A stretch of DNA of 64,000 nucleotides from Amoebophrya sp. A120. Lineage: Eukaryota > Protista > Dinoflagellata. Below, piece by piece: positions 12,064 to 24,900 of this stretch. The stretch covers positions 8,463,599 to 8,527,598 of the forward strand of contig CAJINV010000001.1 in assembly GCA_905178155.1 (NCBI GenBank), written 5' to 3'. How positions within the stretch are numbered: position 1 is the first letter of the stretch; each line of letters starts with the position of its first letter. The position numbers and the translations under genes were made by a program. The notes under the pieces were generated by a model. That model was not told where the DNA came from and made no database searches. It was given only the letters and a program-made list of their open reading frames with translations.

Positions 12064-13010
12064 CTGTGCGAATATGGGGCCTTTTCAAGTTTGGCCGCAA
12101 GGCGGCCCTATCCGGCTCGCTTTAATTAGTGCAGGTCTGAAATAAAGTTGCTGACAGCCGGAGTTGTCGTTTGCAAACCTGACAAGGCAAAAACTTGCCA
12201 TATTCGGACCGGTGAAACCTGTGCGAATATGGGGCCTTTTCAAGTTTGGCCGCAGGGCGGCCCTATCCGGCTCACTTTAATTAGTGCAGCTTTGAAATAA
12301 AGTCGCTGACAGCCGGAGTTGTCGTTTGCAAACCTGACAAGGCCAAAACTTGCCATATTCGGACAGGTGAAACAGGTGAAACCTGTGCGAATATGGGGCC
12401 TTTTCAAGTTTGGCCGCAGGGCGGCCCTATCCGGCTCGCTTTAATTAGTGCAGCTTTGAAATAAAGTTGCTGACAGCCGGGGTTGTCGTTTGCAAACCTG
12501 ACAAGGCCAAGACTTGCCATATTCGGACAGGTGAAACCTGTGCGAATATGGGGCCTTTTCAAGTTTGGCCGCAAGGCGGCCCTATCCGGCTCGCTTTAAT
12601 TAGTGCAGCTTTGGAATAAAGTTGCTGACAGCCGGAGTTGTCGTTTGCAAACCTGACAAGGCCAAAACTTGCCATATTCGGACAGGTGAAACAGGTGAAG
12701 CCTGTGCGAATATGGGGCCTTTTCAAGTTTGGCCGCAAGGCGGCCCTATCCGGCTCGCTTTAAATAGTGCAGCTTTGAAATAAAGTTGCTGACAGCCGGA
12801 GTTGTCGTTTGCAAACCTGACAAGGCCAAAACTTGCCATATTCGGACAGGTGAAACCTGTGCGAATGTGGGGCCTTTTCAAGTTTGGCCGCAAGGCGGCC
12901 CTATCCGGCTTGCTTTAATTAGTGCAGCTTTGAAATAAAGTTGCTGACAGCCGGAGTTGTCGTTTGCAAACCTGACAAGGCCAAAACTTGCCATATTCGG
13001 ACAGTGAAAC
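12064..13010. repeat. Six-copy tandem satellite with alternating 155/164-bp units
   Basis: Units starting ctgtgcgaat at 12064, 12219, 12383, 12538, 12702 and 12857. Copies 2 and 4 carry an extra acaggtgaa. Confidence 0.95.
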
Positions 13011-13165
13011 TTTTGAAAAAAATAAAAACACTTGACGCATGTCTAGTGTTTTAGTATGTGATGGAGTGTCTATGCAGAAAAGTAATCATATGGCTGCACC
13101 TTGGGCCATTTCAGTTCACAAAATCCGCCAAGGCAGCCACTTGGAAATTTTTGGGGTATATGATG

Positions 13166-13400
13166 CCCCCTCCATGTCCCCTTCCCACCCCTGCCATACC
13201 CCCCCTCCTCTCCCTAGCCCTTCCCTGGTCCCTCCGTAGCCCCTCCCTAGCCCCTTCCTAGCCCCTCCCTAGCCTCTCCCTAGCCTCTCCCTAGCCTCTC
13301 CCTAGTCCCTTCCTAGCCCCCCCCCAGCCCCTCCCTAGCCTTTCCCTTTTCCTTTCCCCTCCCTGCCCTGTCCCGAGCCCGTCCCGACCCCCTCCCTACA
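13166..13400. repeat. C-rich degenerate microrepeat (ccctagcctct)n
   Basis: Repeated ccctagcc(t/c)(c/t)t units at 13210-13340 within a pyrimidine tract. Confidence 0.85.
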
Positions 13401-14584
13401 GACTTCCGGAGGCGCCTGGGATGCGCTTGCTAGGCCCCAGTGGCCGCGCATTCTAAGCCCCTGGAGTTGCAGGCCCGGGCGGACTCCTGGTCTCGCATGC
13501 TCGAAAGCCCCTGCAGACGCGGGTTTCGCATGCTCCCACGATCGATTCAGGCAGGGTAATCGGACCTGGAGGGCTCCTTGGAACAGCGGAAATAGGCCCC
13601 GGGCGGCGGGGTATTGCGTGCTCGGGGACGAAGTGTGGCCGGGGGGCACACAGCCGGCCAGGCTTTGTTTGTTTCGCGGGGGCCACGGGAGCCGGCGGCG
13701 GCCGGTCTTGGCAGTGCTAACCGTCGGGAATGGCGGCCGGGCTTGCGGCTCTAAAGAGCGGGGCCAGGGCGCCCGGAACCGGGCGGGGGGCTCCGGCAAC
13801 CGGGTCTGCAGCTCCTCTTGCCGTAATTTTGCTCAGTCGCGCGATCCAGGATGTCCTCCAGCTAAGGCCAGCATCAGCGATGCGCTATTTCCCACTGGAG
13901 TCCGGAGCGTGGCCATCATGGCCGGGGTGCGCAAGCGCAGCCAATTTTTGGGATTGCCGAAAATTGAACCACCGGCCCAGAGAGCGGATCTAATCGGGCC
14001 CAGCCGGTTACTTAAGAGAGGCGGCAGAAGAACATACTGGGCGCGCTGCTGTGTTGCCGTTTGACGGAAACATAGGCCGAGCCATCGGCGGCGATCGCGC
14101 CATTAGATTTGGGCACTTGCTCGCTCCTGCCGGCTCAAAAGCCTCACTATCCCAACGAACCGCAGGGGCCCGCGTTCAAGTTCGGGCCCCGCGCGCCGGG
14201 GGCTCCAAAGATCAAGGTTTCTGCGCGTTGAAGTTTCCCGGCGCCCGCCCAGTTGAGGCGCTGAATCTTGGCCGCGGTCGCCGGCCGCAAGGCAAAAGCA
14301 TTTTAGAAGCGAATAGATCTCGTAGGTGCAGTTCCATAATGAGGGTCCTTCGAAATAGTCGCGCGATGATCACTGAGAGGCCAGTAACCTTGGGGAGATC
14401 CCGACTGCATTTTTTTGGAGCGATCTTGCGGCCATGCCCAGAAATGTTGTTCCGACTATGTAAAAACGAGCACCGGCAGCACGGCCGAATCAAAATTAAT
14501 AATTAGTTAGTTCGCATTCAATACTGCAGCGGCCTCAGAAAGAACAGCCTCAAAGTTAAACGTGACCCGCATTGAGTATATCGA

Positions 14585-15205
14585 ATGTCTTTTCCGAGCC
14601 GAGCCCTGGCCTCCAAAGTAACAGCGCCCCGCGTCGCGGCGATATCAGCAGCGCGGACCCGCCCCGGAAGTGCCGCGGTGTGCGGGATCTCGCCCAAGAA
14701 GAGCGTGGCATCTAGTTCCGGTCGGCGAAGCACGACTTTTGTCAGTGTTTCGTCTTTTGTGGCTCCCGCTTCGACGAGCAAAAAACAACAACGAGCCATG
14801 GGAAATTTGTGGTCTTCGCCGGCCGCCACTGCGCAGGTGCGCCTGGAACACACCGGGGCTGCGCTAGATGGAGGCAGCACCACGGGGCCAGCAAAAGAAA
14901 GTATCGATGTGCACGGTCCGCTTGGGCAGGGCATGCGGCAGAAGCTCATTGAGGAGTTGTCCCCTATATTCTACCTGGAAATGGAGGATGAATCGCATGA
15001 GCATCGCGGGCACGCAGGCGTGCGAGACGCAACTACGGCCGAAACGCACTTCCGAGTCGTCGTAGTGAGCGACAAGTTTGAGGGTATTTCGCGGGTTCAA
15101 CGCCAACAGCGCGTGTACGGCATACTGAAGGAAGAGTTTCAAACGCAAGGCCTTCATGCGCTGTCACTCAAATGCCTCACAACATCAGAATACGAAAAAT
15201 TATAA
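14585..15205 (+). CDS. bolA: BolA-family protein with N-terminal extension (possible organellar targeting peptide)
   Basis: DESHEHRGHAG..ETHFRVVVVSDKFEGISRVQRQQRVYGILKEEF..GLHALSL is the BolA signature; the leader is Ser/Arg/Ala-rich. Confidence 0.92.
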   Translation: MSFPSRALASKVTAPRVAAISAARTRPGSAAVCGISPKKSVASSSGRRSTTFVSVSSFVAPASTSKKQQRAMGNLWSSPAATAQVRLEHTGAALDGGSTTGPAKESIDVHGPLGQGMRQKLIEELSPIFYLEMEDESHEHRGHAGVRDATTAETHFRVVVVSDKFEGISRVQRQQRVYGILKEEFQTQGLHALSLKCLTTSEYEKL

Positions 15206-15825
15206 TGCGACCAAGGTTCCTATGTATTACTTACTCCCTCCGCAACTATGCCTTTTGCTTTTCTGATGGAAAGGTGGCGGTTGAAGTGTGCAAATCAATG
15301 AATCAATTGGCCGACCACGAGAGGCTGCACGGAAAAAAAGGAAACTCGGTTCGTGTGTTTGTTTATCGTATATTTGTCATTTTTTCCGAAAGAAAAGCAC
15401 TCCTCTTCGGTTTATTTCCCTTTTGACGATTTTTGTCTGTCGAGCTGTGGATGCAAAGTGGATACTATTTCTTGCACGAGCGAATGGTCGTTATGCTCAA
15501 ACTCGAGGTATAATTAATCGTTGGCACGATTTTTGAGGGTCAAGAATTTTCTCAAATTGGATCTCTACTTCGTGGAACAGGAGTAACCCCCTTGATGTTG
15601 ATCTTGAGCCCTTGTTAGTTAGAAGAGTCAAGACCTAGTACCCAATCTCTTAGGAATATGCGCGTTTAATAGGACGCAGCAGACATGTTTAACCCATCCA
15701 CAACGAGCTCAAAACACACTCATAATGGTATTGAAATTCCCAAGTTAAAAGTCTGAAGTTGCTCCAGAAATTCGCAGTAAAAACAACTTTTTTCCCTCCT
15801 ATTTGTCCTCCACCCTCTCGACACC

Positions 15826-17848
15826 ATGCGGGGCGGCTTCGGCGCCTCCGGGCAGCAGCAGTCGCAAGACTGCGCGTTTGAGGCCGGAAAAGTGAACGGC
15901 ACGCCGATCCGCGTGAGTTACTTTCTCGTGATCATGTTTGGCTACCAAATTCTGCAGGCCTTGCAGCAGCGCGCCCCCGTGTGGTGGCTCCCGGTCGCCT
16001 ACGCCGCCGGAACGCAGCTGATCCTGCTCGCCACCATCCTGTGCCACGAGTTCGGCCACGGCACGATGGCGAAGTACCTCGGGGGCCAGATTTCGCAGAT
16101 CCTGCTCTGGCCGTTCGGCGGCATCTGCTTCAGCACCCGCCCGGGCAACGTGTACGACGGGCGGACGAAGATCAAAAACGAGATGAAGATCGTGTGCGCG
16201 GGTCCGGCCACCCACTTCTTCCAGGCCCCGTTTTGGGTGCTGCTGCTCCAGTTCCAAGCCTTCGCGTACGACCTGGACCTGCTCCCGCTCGGCTTCAAGG
16301 ACCGGAGCGAGCTGTGGCAGCTCCTGATCCCCTTCGCGCCCCAACCGCCGGTCCCCTTCGAACAGCTGCCGAACCTGTTCGCGGGCCTGGGGTGGATGCT
16401 GTGCGTGTGGGCGGCCACGACCAACGTGTTTCTGTTTCTCTTCAACGTGCTGTTCCCGATGTACCCGATGGACAGCGCGCAGATGCTGGTCTGTGGGTTG
16501 CAGCTCTGCGGCGGCACGGCGCAGACCGCAGCCAAGACGCTGGTGTTCGTCTCGGTGCCGATGAGTGTGTTGCTGTTGATCTATGCGTGGTCGAACCGGA
16601 ACGCGGGGATGATGCCCGCGATCAGTGGGTACCTGGCCATCATGTGCCTATCAAATGCAAAAGTGTCTGGGTCTGGAAACTTGTGATGCTAAAATGTGCA
16701 TGATGAAAACACTTCCGAATGCAGTCCGGCATGACAACTTCCAAAAACGCTTTCTCATAGGCAATCCGCATGAGAAACTGCGTTTTTGCATGACAAAAGA
16801 GGCTGCGACTTCTGTTGGTTATGCAATACAGATTTTCTAGGTATGGAAAGCTAGCATTACTTCCAGACCCAGACACTTTTACAATCCATAGTGCCTGATC
16901 GAAGCCTATAACATCTGGCAGCTGTACGAGAAGCGGCAGTTGCACACGCACCGACTCTTCGAGCTGGCCCGGTCGGGCACGTATTTTGATCCCGTGCAGA
17001 ACGCGCGGAGGATCAACGTGTCGGGCCTAGACGACGACCTGAACGCAGGCGGAGATGGCCGAAATCGCGGCTTCTTGTCGGGCAGAAATAACAACGATTA
17101 CGTCCTGTTTGAAGGACAGGGAACGCGATTAGGCGGAGAGAATGACGATGTGGTGGTGCCCATAGCCGCACCAACAGGTACGCCCATGCCAAACCCTTTT
17201 CAAGCGCCTGGCAGCGGAGGTGCAGTAATACAACAACCTGCAGGTGGTGCTCCGTCGCCTGCTGTTGCGCAGCAGCAAGTTGTAAGAACCACTGCAGCGC
17301 CAGCACAACAGGATACTGGGAACCGAGCGGCCGGACTTTTCCCCGCGGTAATTTCCACACCCGCACCAGGAGCGGCACCCCCCTCCGGCGCCGCTGCTCC
17401 GATGCAACCGCCCACAGTGCAGCGAATGAGCAACAGCAGAGTTTCGCGAGCTTTTGGTACTTCCGAAGATAGGAACGCGAACAACGGGGTGAGTCACCCG
17501 TCAGACGGGACCTCTCCCCCGGTTCACAAGTCCCCGAGCGGCGAATTTCTGATACCCAATCCGGAAATAGCAAGGTCGCTGCAACCGTCATCTTCGGAAG
17601 GGCCAAGAACAGTAAATCTTCAAGACCAACCTCCTACCTCTTCTCCCGCGACCGGGTTAATACCTCCCACCTCGGCGGACCGGCAAGCGTTTCTGGCGAG
17701 GATGGAGAGGCAGCGCCAGGAGCAAGCGATGAGTGTGCGGGAGCTGGCTGAGGCGCGTGATGGAGTTCCAAGCAACAACGCCCCGTCGCCGCCCCGTCGC
17801 AATGTGCAGAACCAAAAGCAGAACAACCGAAATCCGAGTGGCAGGTGA
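15826..17848 (+). CDS. Peptidase M50 (site-2 protease-like) membrane metalloprotease; 2 exons split by an introner
   Basis: HExxH (CHEFGH) in a TM segment and NxxPxxPxD-like NVLFPMYPMDS. Removing 247 nt joins ..LAIM|CLIEAYNIW.. in frame with ORF 16940-17848. Confidence 0.88.
16649..16890. mobile_element. Introner family A (TSD gtgcc)
   Basis: TIR tatcaaatgcaaaagtgtctgggtctggaa / ttccagacccagacacttttacaatccata; gtgcc at 16644-16648 and 16891-16895. Confidence 0.93.
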
Positions 17849-18759
17849 GAAACTTGCCGGGCTCGGTCTGGTTTGGGAGATTCCGTTCTTCAGATAGTAT
17901 TCACAATCTTGATTATTCTTCCACTACCCACGCTAGGAATACAATAAGAAAGCGAAAAAACCCCCCGGATGAACCAACAGAGAAATCCCGACACAAATGC
18001 CCACCCAAAAACGAATACTCGACAGAATTCACGATGCATTTTTTACACCCGTTGTGTGTCATCTTGTCATGATCCTCATCGATTCATGAGCACCTGATGT
18101 GTGATGCAACATACTCTACTCGAGCGGCGTCAGAGGACTGTGTTCACTTTGCGGAGGCGTGGGTGCTTGCGTATCGCAGAACGTCGTGTCGACGTTTTCA
18201 AGACATGGGATCCTTTTTGCTGTGCGCCTCGACTGTCGGTTTACTCACGCGGAGCGCATCGGTTCTCGCACCGCGCTTAAAGATCATTTTTGTAACGCCG
18301 AGCTCTGTTCTTGGAAAAGTGCTGTCGCTCGATCGCCCTCCGATCTGAAAACGAAAAACTCCGTCAGGCCAGTATCCTACTTTACGCTTTTTCCCTTCTA
18401 CCAGTTTCAACGACTTGATACTTCTGCGAACGCCAGCGCTGTACAATGTTTCGCCATCATTTTTGTTTCGGTAAGAGTAAAAGTGCTTAGACGTAGACCT
18501 ACCCAAGTGAGTTTAATAAGAGTAAGTTCACCCCACCACATGCGACCCACGTTTCCCCCGCTGACCTAGTTCCACATAGAAATTAGTTTTAATGGAACCT
18601 CTTCGATTTCTGTGTCCCACTCCCACATGACCTCGATGCGTTCGTCTGCCATCGCTATCAGTTCAAACTGAAGAGCGTTTCGCTCCTCATCCATCCTGCG
18701 TCTGCAGGAGAGCAGCGGGGAGGAGAAGAAGAAGAAACAGGGGAGAAATCAGGGCCAAT

Positions 18760-19069
18760 TATTACAATGAAGAATGCCCCCGCCCTCCAATTTGCAAAAG
18801 TTTGTCATGCAAAGTTTCCAAATGAAAGCTTTTTCTTTTTGTCTTGCATAAAAGGATTGCGACCCTTTCTGATGCACATTCTAGGTACGCAAGGTGCCTT
18901 GTGCATAACAGATCCGGCTGCTGTTGGGCCCCTTCGAAACACAAATTCGAGCTATTCAGCATGGAAAATTTGTGATGCTGAGATATGCAAGACGGGAAAT
19001 GTTTCTATTGGAAAGGTTTGCAATACAAATGCTGCCAAGTGTCGGGTGGGGGCATTTTTCACTGTAATA
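18760..19069. mobile_element. Introner family B (TSD ccaat)
   Basis: TIR tattacaatgaagaatgcccccgccc / gggtgggggcatttttcactgtaata; ccaat at 18755-18759 and 19070-19074; homologous to 22630-22937. Confidence 0.92.
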
Positions 19070-19072
19070 CCA

Positions 19073-21260
19073 ATGAGCACGAGTTTCAAACTCGTGACGG
19101 AATACTTCGTATCAAATGCAAAAATGTCTGGGTCTGGAAGAATGCAACTTGTCATGCTAAATCTGAAGCATGCAAAAATCTGTGTTGCGTGACTACCAAA
19201 AGTCGTCCAGTTTTGACCAAGTCGGGAGGGAGTTTCTCATGCAGGATAGGCATGGGAGAGATCGCACAGAATCTGTCACGCAAGGTCCTGCATTCCAGAC
19301 CTCATGGGTCATGGAGAAGCTGCATGACAAATCGCGCACTCTTCCAGACCCAGACACTTTTGCATTTGATACTTCGACCGCGCTTACGATTTAGAGAAAA
19401 GGCGCTTCAAAGGGAAAACCGTGGTCGAACGAAATGCACAGCGCAGGTTCATCTACAGCGCCGTGCAAGACTGGTATCTTATGATCTATGTATGCTTGGA
19501 GAAGCCATGATTCTAGGTTGATAAGGTGTAGAGGTGTAACTGAATAGGTCTAAGTTTATCGTCTTGCATGAAGACCGCCCGGTTATTCAATACGTAGTAC
19601 GTCATCGCTTCTGCTACAGAATGTAGCAAAGACAATGCGTTAAATTCGTTCCACTTTCCCAGAAACTTAACCGAAAAATACCAGCGCGGAAGCGGACTTT
19701 CAGCAGCTCCAGAGAAAGTATCAGTTCGAGGAGCTGACGAAATTCCTAAAATGCGAATCCTACAAACGGGGTCTCCTCGCCACGTTGTACGACACGGTGC
19801 GCGGCTTTCTCGTTTTACTCGCGTTCCTCGGCGGATTGTTTCCGATCGGACTTCTGAGCTTCCTGAGCCGAATAGTGATCAACCCCATCCTCCGGTATGT
19901 TTTCCGCGTTTCCGAGCAACATATGCCCTGCTACAAAATTTTTGCGCCCCTGATCGGGGAGGCGCTGGCGAGCCTGACGGGGGCAGAAGTAGTCGTCAGC
20001 GGGGACGAACATCTGGCGCACGTAAAGAAGGAACCGGAAAGATACATAGGTACAAACATACGACGTTCGTCATGAGTAGTTGCGCGGAAACAAAGAACGT
20101 TAAGAGAGAAGTAAACAGTTGATGCGCGATTCAAAATCTGCATGCGATCGCCTCTTGTTCAACGTAACCAGTGACCGTCAAATAAACCTTCACAGGGATG
20201 TTTTCTCACGGCGCGAACCTCGACCCGTTTGTCGTGATGCAGGGCGTGGGCAGCAAGGTGTCTTTCCTGTGGACCTACAAGCATTCGCTGCTCTACCTGC
20301 CTGGCGGGTTGGTTCTCGGGTACGGCATATCAAATGTAAAAATGTCTGGGTCTGGAAGATTGCTACATTTGTCATGCATGTCTGACATGGCTCAAGAATA
20401 TGTGATGCATGGGCACAAAGCTGTCCTCTTACCTGTCATGCAAAAACGCAGTTTTCCATGCGGAACACGCAACACATAGGAGCCCAAAAATTTGTTATGC
20501 TTGGCTCTGTATTGCAGTGGAACTCCCATTCACTTTTAGCTTTACAAATTTCCAGACCCTGACATTTTTACATTTGATACGGCATCGGACAGGAGGACGG
20601 TGCCATGAATCGTAGCAACCGGGAGAAGGCGATCCAGACGTGCGACCGCCTCGCGAAGTCTCCGCTGCCACCGATGGTAGCCCCGGAGGGGACGCGAAGT
20701 AAAACAGGATTGATCCTGCCGGAGCTGAAGAAGGGCGTTTTTTACGTCCAGAAGGACAGGAGTGCAAGGATTGTGCCGATCGTGGTCATTGGCAACTACG
20801 AACTGTGGCCACCCGGGAGGCCCATGCCGAAGATGGGAAGGTATGGCGTTGCCGTTGACGTGCAGTTCGCCTTCGTGCTATCGAGTAGAGAATAAAACTT
20901 TCATAAGGACCCAGTCCGCAATCTCGAGTGAAGAGCACAACTACGGTCAGAGCAGGAAAATATGTGTGACTTTTGTACTAACCTATCGGCCGCAACGCAA
21001 CTACAATTTTTTCCAATTTTAACAGGGTCCAGATCTCCATCCTCCCTCCGATGGATGTTCCGGCTGACGAGGCGCAGGATGTCACCCGGGAGCGCGTCCG
21101 GCAAGCCTACATTAAGGAATCAGCAAGGGATTTTGGAGACTTGAACAGAGTCAGCACTCGATTCCTGCTGAAACACTTTCTGGTGTGGATACCCTTTTGG
21201 CTTTGCTCCCTGTACCTCATGTTCCTGGCGATCACGTCTGCATTAAGCCGCGTGCTCTGA
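19073..21260 (+). CDS. PlsC/LPAAT-type acylglycerol-phosphate acyltransferase, multi-exon (5' end uncertain)
   Basis: HxxxxD (SHGANLD), PEGTRS and KKG..IVPIVV motifs. The frame is restored by removing two introners plus GT-AG introns (e.g. 19474-19684). Confidence 0.85.
19110..19371. mobile_element. Introner family A (TSD cttcg)
   Basis: 31-bp near-perfect TIR; cttcg at 19105-19109 and 19372-19376; internally very similar to 55418-55680. Confidence 0.95.
20328..20579. mobile_element. Introner family A (TSD cggca)
   Basis: TIRs tatcaaatgtaaaaatgtctgggtctggaa / ttccagaccctgacatttttacatttgata; the join gives GYGIGQEDGAMNR. Confidence 0.95.
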
Positions 21261-21989
21261 TGAAAGGGGAGAAGCAGAAAACGGAGCAGGGTTTTCCGTG
21301 CCGACACCCGGGCATGATTGTGAAACTGCATGGGACAGCACAAGCGAGGTCGTGCAGACTCGTCGTGTTTAATATCGGATCGCCTCCTACCTGACCGATC
21401 TAACGATTTTCGAAGAAAGAGGCTTGCGACAGGGTTTTGAGACACATGTATCGGGAATAGCAAAAAGCCCCTTTGGTTGTTGTGAGGGATGCCACGTGTT
21501 CATCAGCTTGTTGAAAAATCCTGTGCGCTCCCCGGGGGACGCAGAATGCACGTTTTAACTACACTTGCTTTTGCGTTTGCTTTAGACTGTTGCAGAGCGT
21601 AGTAAACTTAGCAAAAGGGTCAGTGAGCGATACTTACGCACGAAAAATGCAAATCCGGACACAACTTTGAGCGTTTCAAAAAGCAGCCACGGGCATTGAC
21701 AGGCAATAGAAATAATTTCCAGTAGATACTTAAAATAGTCTCACTTTCTTCCATTATTCAATTCAATTTCGCAACTCTTTTGGCCTTCAGACGTTGTTGG
21801 TCAGATGCAAAAAGTGTCCAGCAGACACAGCAGCCGATGGTACTATAATATTACTTGCTCGCAAGAAAAACAAGCACCCCAAAAGAAGATGAACATACGA
21901 AGCTAGCACCAAGGTCTCTACCGGGGACCTGTTTCTACCTGCGGATCGGAGGATCTTGAAACCTTGCTTATTCCACCTCGCCCGCGAAG

Positions 21990-24900
21990 ATGGACATGCT
22001 TTTCGACGGACCGGAGGAGATGGCGGTGGTTGGGGCGGGCGTGAAGAAAAAGTTCACCAACATATCGACCACGAACATCAAGGGCGGCGGCTTTCACTTC
22101 AACAAGCCGAGCTCGCCGTCGAAAAAAACAGCCGAGGAAGCAGATATTGCTATCCTGTTCAAAAGTATAGTACTTGCGCAGAAGTAGTTGTAAAACATTT
22201 GATGCACCAAATGCATAGAACATGACAAGTTTTGTAGCTTCTGGTAAATCAGATGCACCAAAGACATAGAACATGACAAGTCTTGTAGCTTCTGGTAACT
22301 CATCTGCATGGTAATATCGACGTTGCAGTTTTTGTGAATAAAAATGATGAAATGCAATGTATGCAAGTATTTGTCTTTTCCAATGCATAACTGCCGGAAT
22401 GAACCACCAACTGACGGTGTACGGACGCAGCGCCTCGAATTCCCCCACGAGTTTGCGGAACAGTAGGAACGACCTGGGCATGAGCTCTGGCTTGGCCACC
22501 GCCAACAGCAACGCGGACAGCAAGGCGCAGCTGGACGAAAAGATGGCCAGTATGGAGCAGGATTTGCAAAAGTTACGCGTGGAGCTGCGGTCTCTGGCCG
22601 AGAAAAACGGCACCGATAAAGACGCACTTTATCAAAGGGAGAAATGCCCCCACTGCGGAAGTTGCAAAAATTTGCGATGCAAAGTTTCCAAATGGAAACT
22701 TTTTGTCTTGCGTGAAAGGACTATGAGTCTTCCTGATGCAGGATACAGGTAAGCAAGGCATCTCTTACAAGACAGGCCCGGCTGTTGCTGGGGTCTTCTG
22801 CAACACAAATTTTAGCTATTCAGCATTGAAAATTTGTGATGCTCAAACATGCAAGAGGAGGAATATTTCCATTGGAAAGCTTTGCAATACAAATGCTGCC
22901 AGGTCGTTATGGGGTGGGAGCATTTTACATTGTAATACACCGATGGCAGAGTACGGGGGTAGGTTGCGGGCCAGTTACGACAGCGTGCTGTCGCAGCTCG
23001 AGATCGAGTACGAGGGCCGGAAGGAAAGCGCCAAGCAGAAGTTGTACGACCAGCCAGCGAGCTCGGCAGGGTTCGGGAAAGGCAGGTCGGCGGGAAATCA
23101 GGTATTATAATCTACGGACCGTGCAGCTCGGCAGAAGATATATGAAACCTGGTCTGCGTATCTGATGAAAAGGCTAGGCCTTTTAGTGCTATTCTATTAA
23201 TACCCAGAACAAAAATTTCAACCCTTTGATATTAGCAGACCGGTAAGTTGTAGATTCTTCTATCTCGTCTCTCAGGCACATCGGTTTCGGCTGCCCCCGG
23301 ATGCCGCTACGGTAGATGCGCAGGACGAGATGCTCTTTCTCCTGAAAAGATGTTTCCAGCGCCAGGCCAGCACACCGGGCGGTTTGGAGAAAGACATATT
23401 TGCAACGGACGAGACCGTGAATGTGGCGAATCTGTGCCTCGCTATGGAGGTGTTTTTTTCGAACATTTGTTTCTGCCACCAGAGCGTCTTGTTTGATGGT
23501 AAGTATGTGAGCCAGTAGTTTCTGATCAAAAAGCGCACTCGCATGTAGTTCCTAGTACTATCCACGAAAAATCGAATACAGGTGGACCCCGCCCTCAAAC
23601 CTTGGCTCGGGCGGCTAGCTCGCTTAGACTGTTACACGGACGAAACCCTGACCCTGCAAGAGGTGCTGCTCTCTATGCGGAACGGGCACCCGAGGTCGCG
23701 GATCTCCTACACCGAATTCCGCGAGTACTTCACTCGCGGCGGGTCGCAGGCGGGCGTAGTAGGAGCTGCCGACGCTTCCCAGAGCCCCACGAAAGACGCG
23801 GCGGGCGGAGCCGGCGGCGCGGGGAAGGCAACGGCCAAATCCAAATCCTCCTCCCTGCGCGCGTCTACGGAGAACAATACCACCCCCAACTTGAAGCGCA
23901 GCAAGGCCACCGGCTCGACCACGGCCTCGTCCTCTAAACCACCGGGCGGAAACAAACAAACGGCAGCGAAAAAACCAACCACGCCGAGCACGGCGAAGGC
24001 AAGTAACAAGGCCAGTTCTACCTTCGCCAGCAAGCCGGCCGATTTGAAGGCGTCCCTGGACGCAAAAACGAAGGCGGCCCTGGAGCTCCAGAAGGACATA
24101 AGCGCGTTCCCGGGCAAGGCGGCGCCGGTCTTCACCGAAGTCCGAGCGGAAGACGCCGGCGCTTCCACATCAAACGGCACGACGAGCAAGAAGAAACCAT
24201 CGCACACCTTCGCGCTGATCGGGCTCCGCGTGCTGCTCGAGCAGGAGTACGGGGATTTGGACTCCGTGTACCGGAAACTGGACCAGGAGGGGACGGGCTT
24301 CGTTTCCCTGTCCGAATTTACGCTCGAACTCCGAACGCGGACGGACCGCTTTGAGCCCGGGTTCGCGGACGGAAGCATCGAGACCGTGATCGATGCCCTC
24401 CGGAACGAGAACGCCCAGATGGACATAAGTGAGCTTCTCGGCATCCCCGTCCCAAAGTGGAGCAACGCGGCCGAGCGAGTGGACGGACGAACCCAGGTGG
24501 TGCCCAAAGACGAAGCCTTCTCCGCCTTCACCTTTGGCCAGACCGGGCCGGGAGGCGAAGAAGGTTTGAGCTATTGATTTCGTTTCATCGTCGGCAGGAT
24601 CAAAATACGGCATGCTGCATGCGTAATGCTGAAGTGCGATTGGTAAAAATAGAATTATAGAAAACCATGAATCGAATACATTCTTCATCTTCTATCAGGC
24701 GCAAAGCTCGAGCTTCCGGCCCAAAAGTTTCAAAATTTTATTGACGACGTCGCTGCGGGGTCACAGTCGACGGGCGAAAAAATGGGCGCCATGCACTGGC
24801 AAGCATTGGAGGATTTGTTCAAGTCCATCGATACAAAAAAAGTAGATGTGCAGCGGTTTTTGTACAAGGTACAACTTCTTGCAACTTTTCTCCTTGTTTT

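Noticed and set aside
12064-13010. CRISPR array or 5S/spliced-leader gene array
   Set aside because: There are no unique spacers, and I recognised no 5S rRNA or dinoflagellate SL (CCGTAGCCATTTTGGCTCAAG) sequence.
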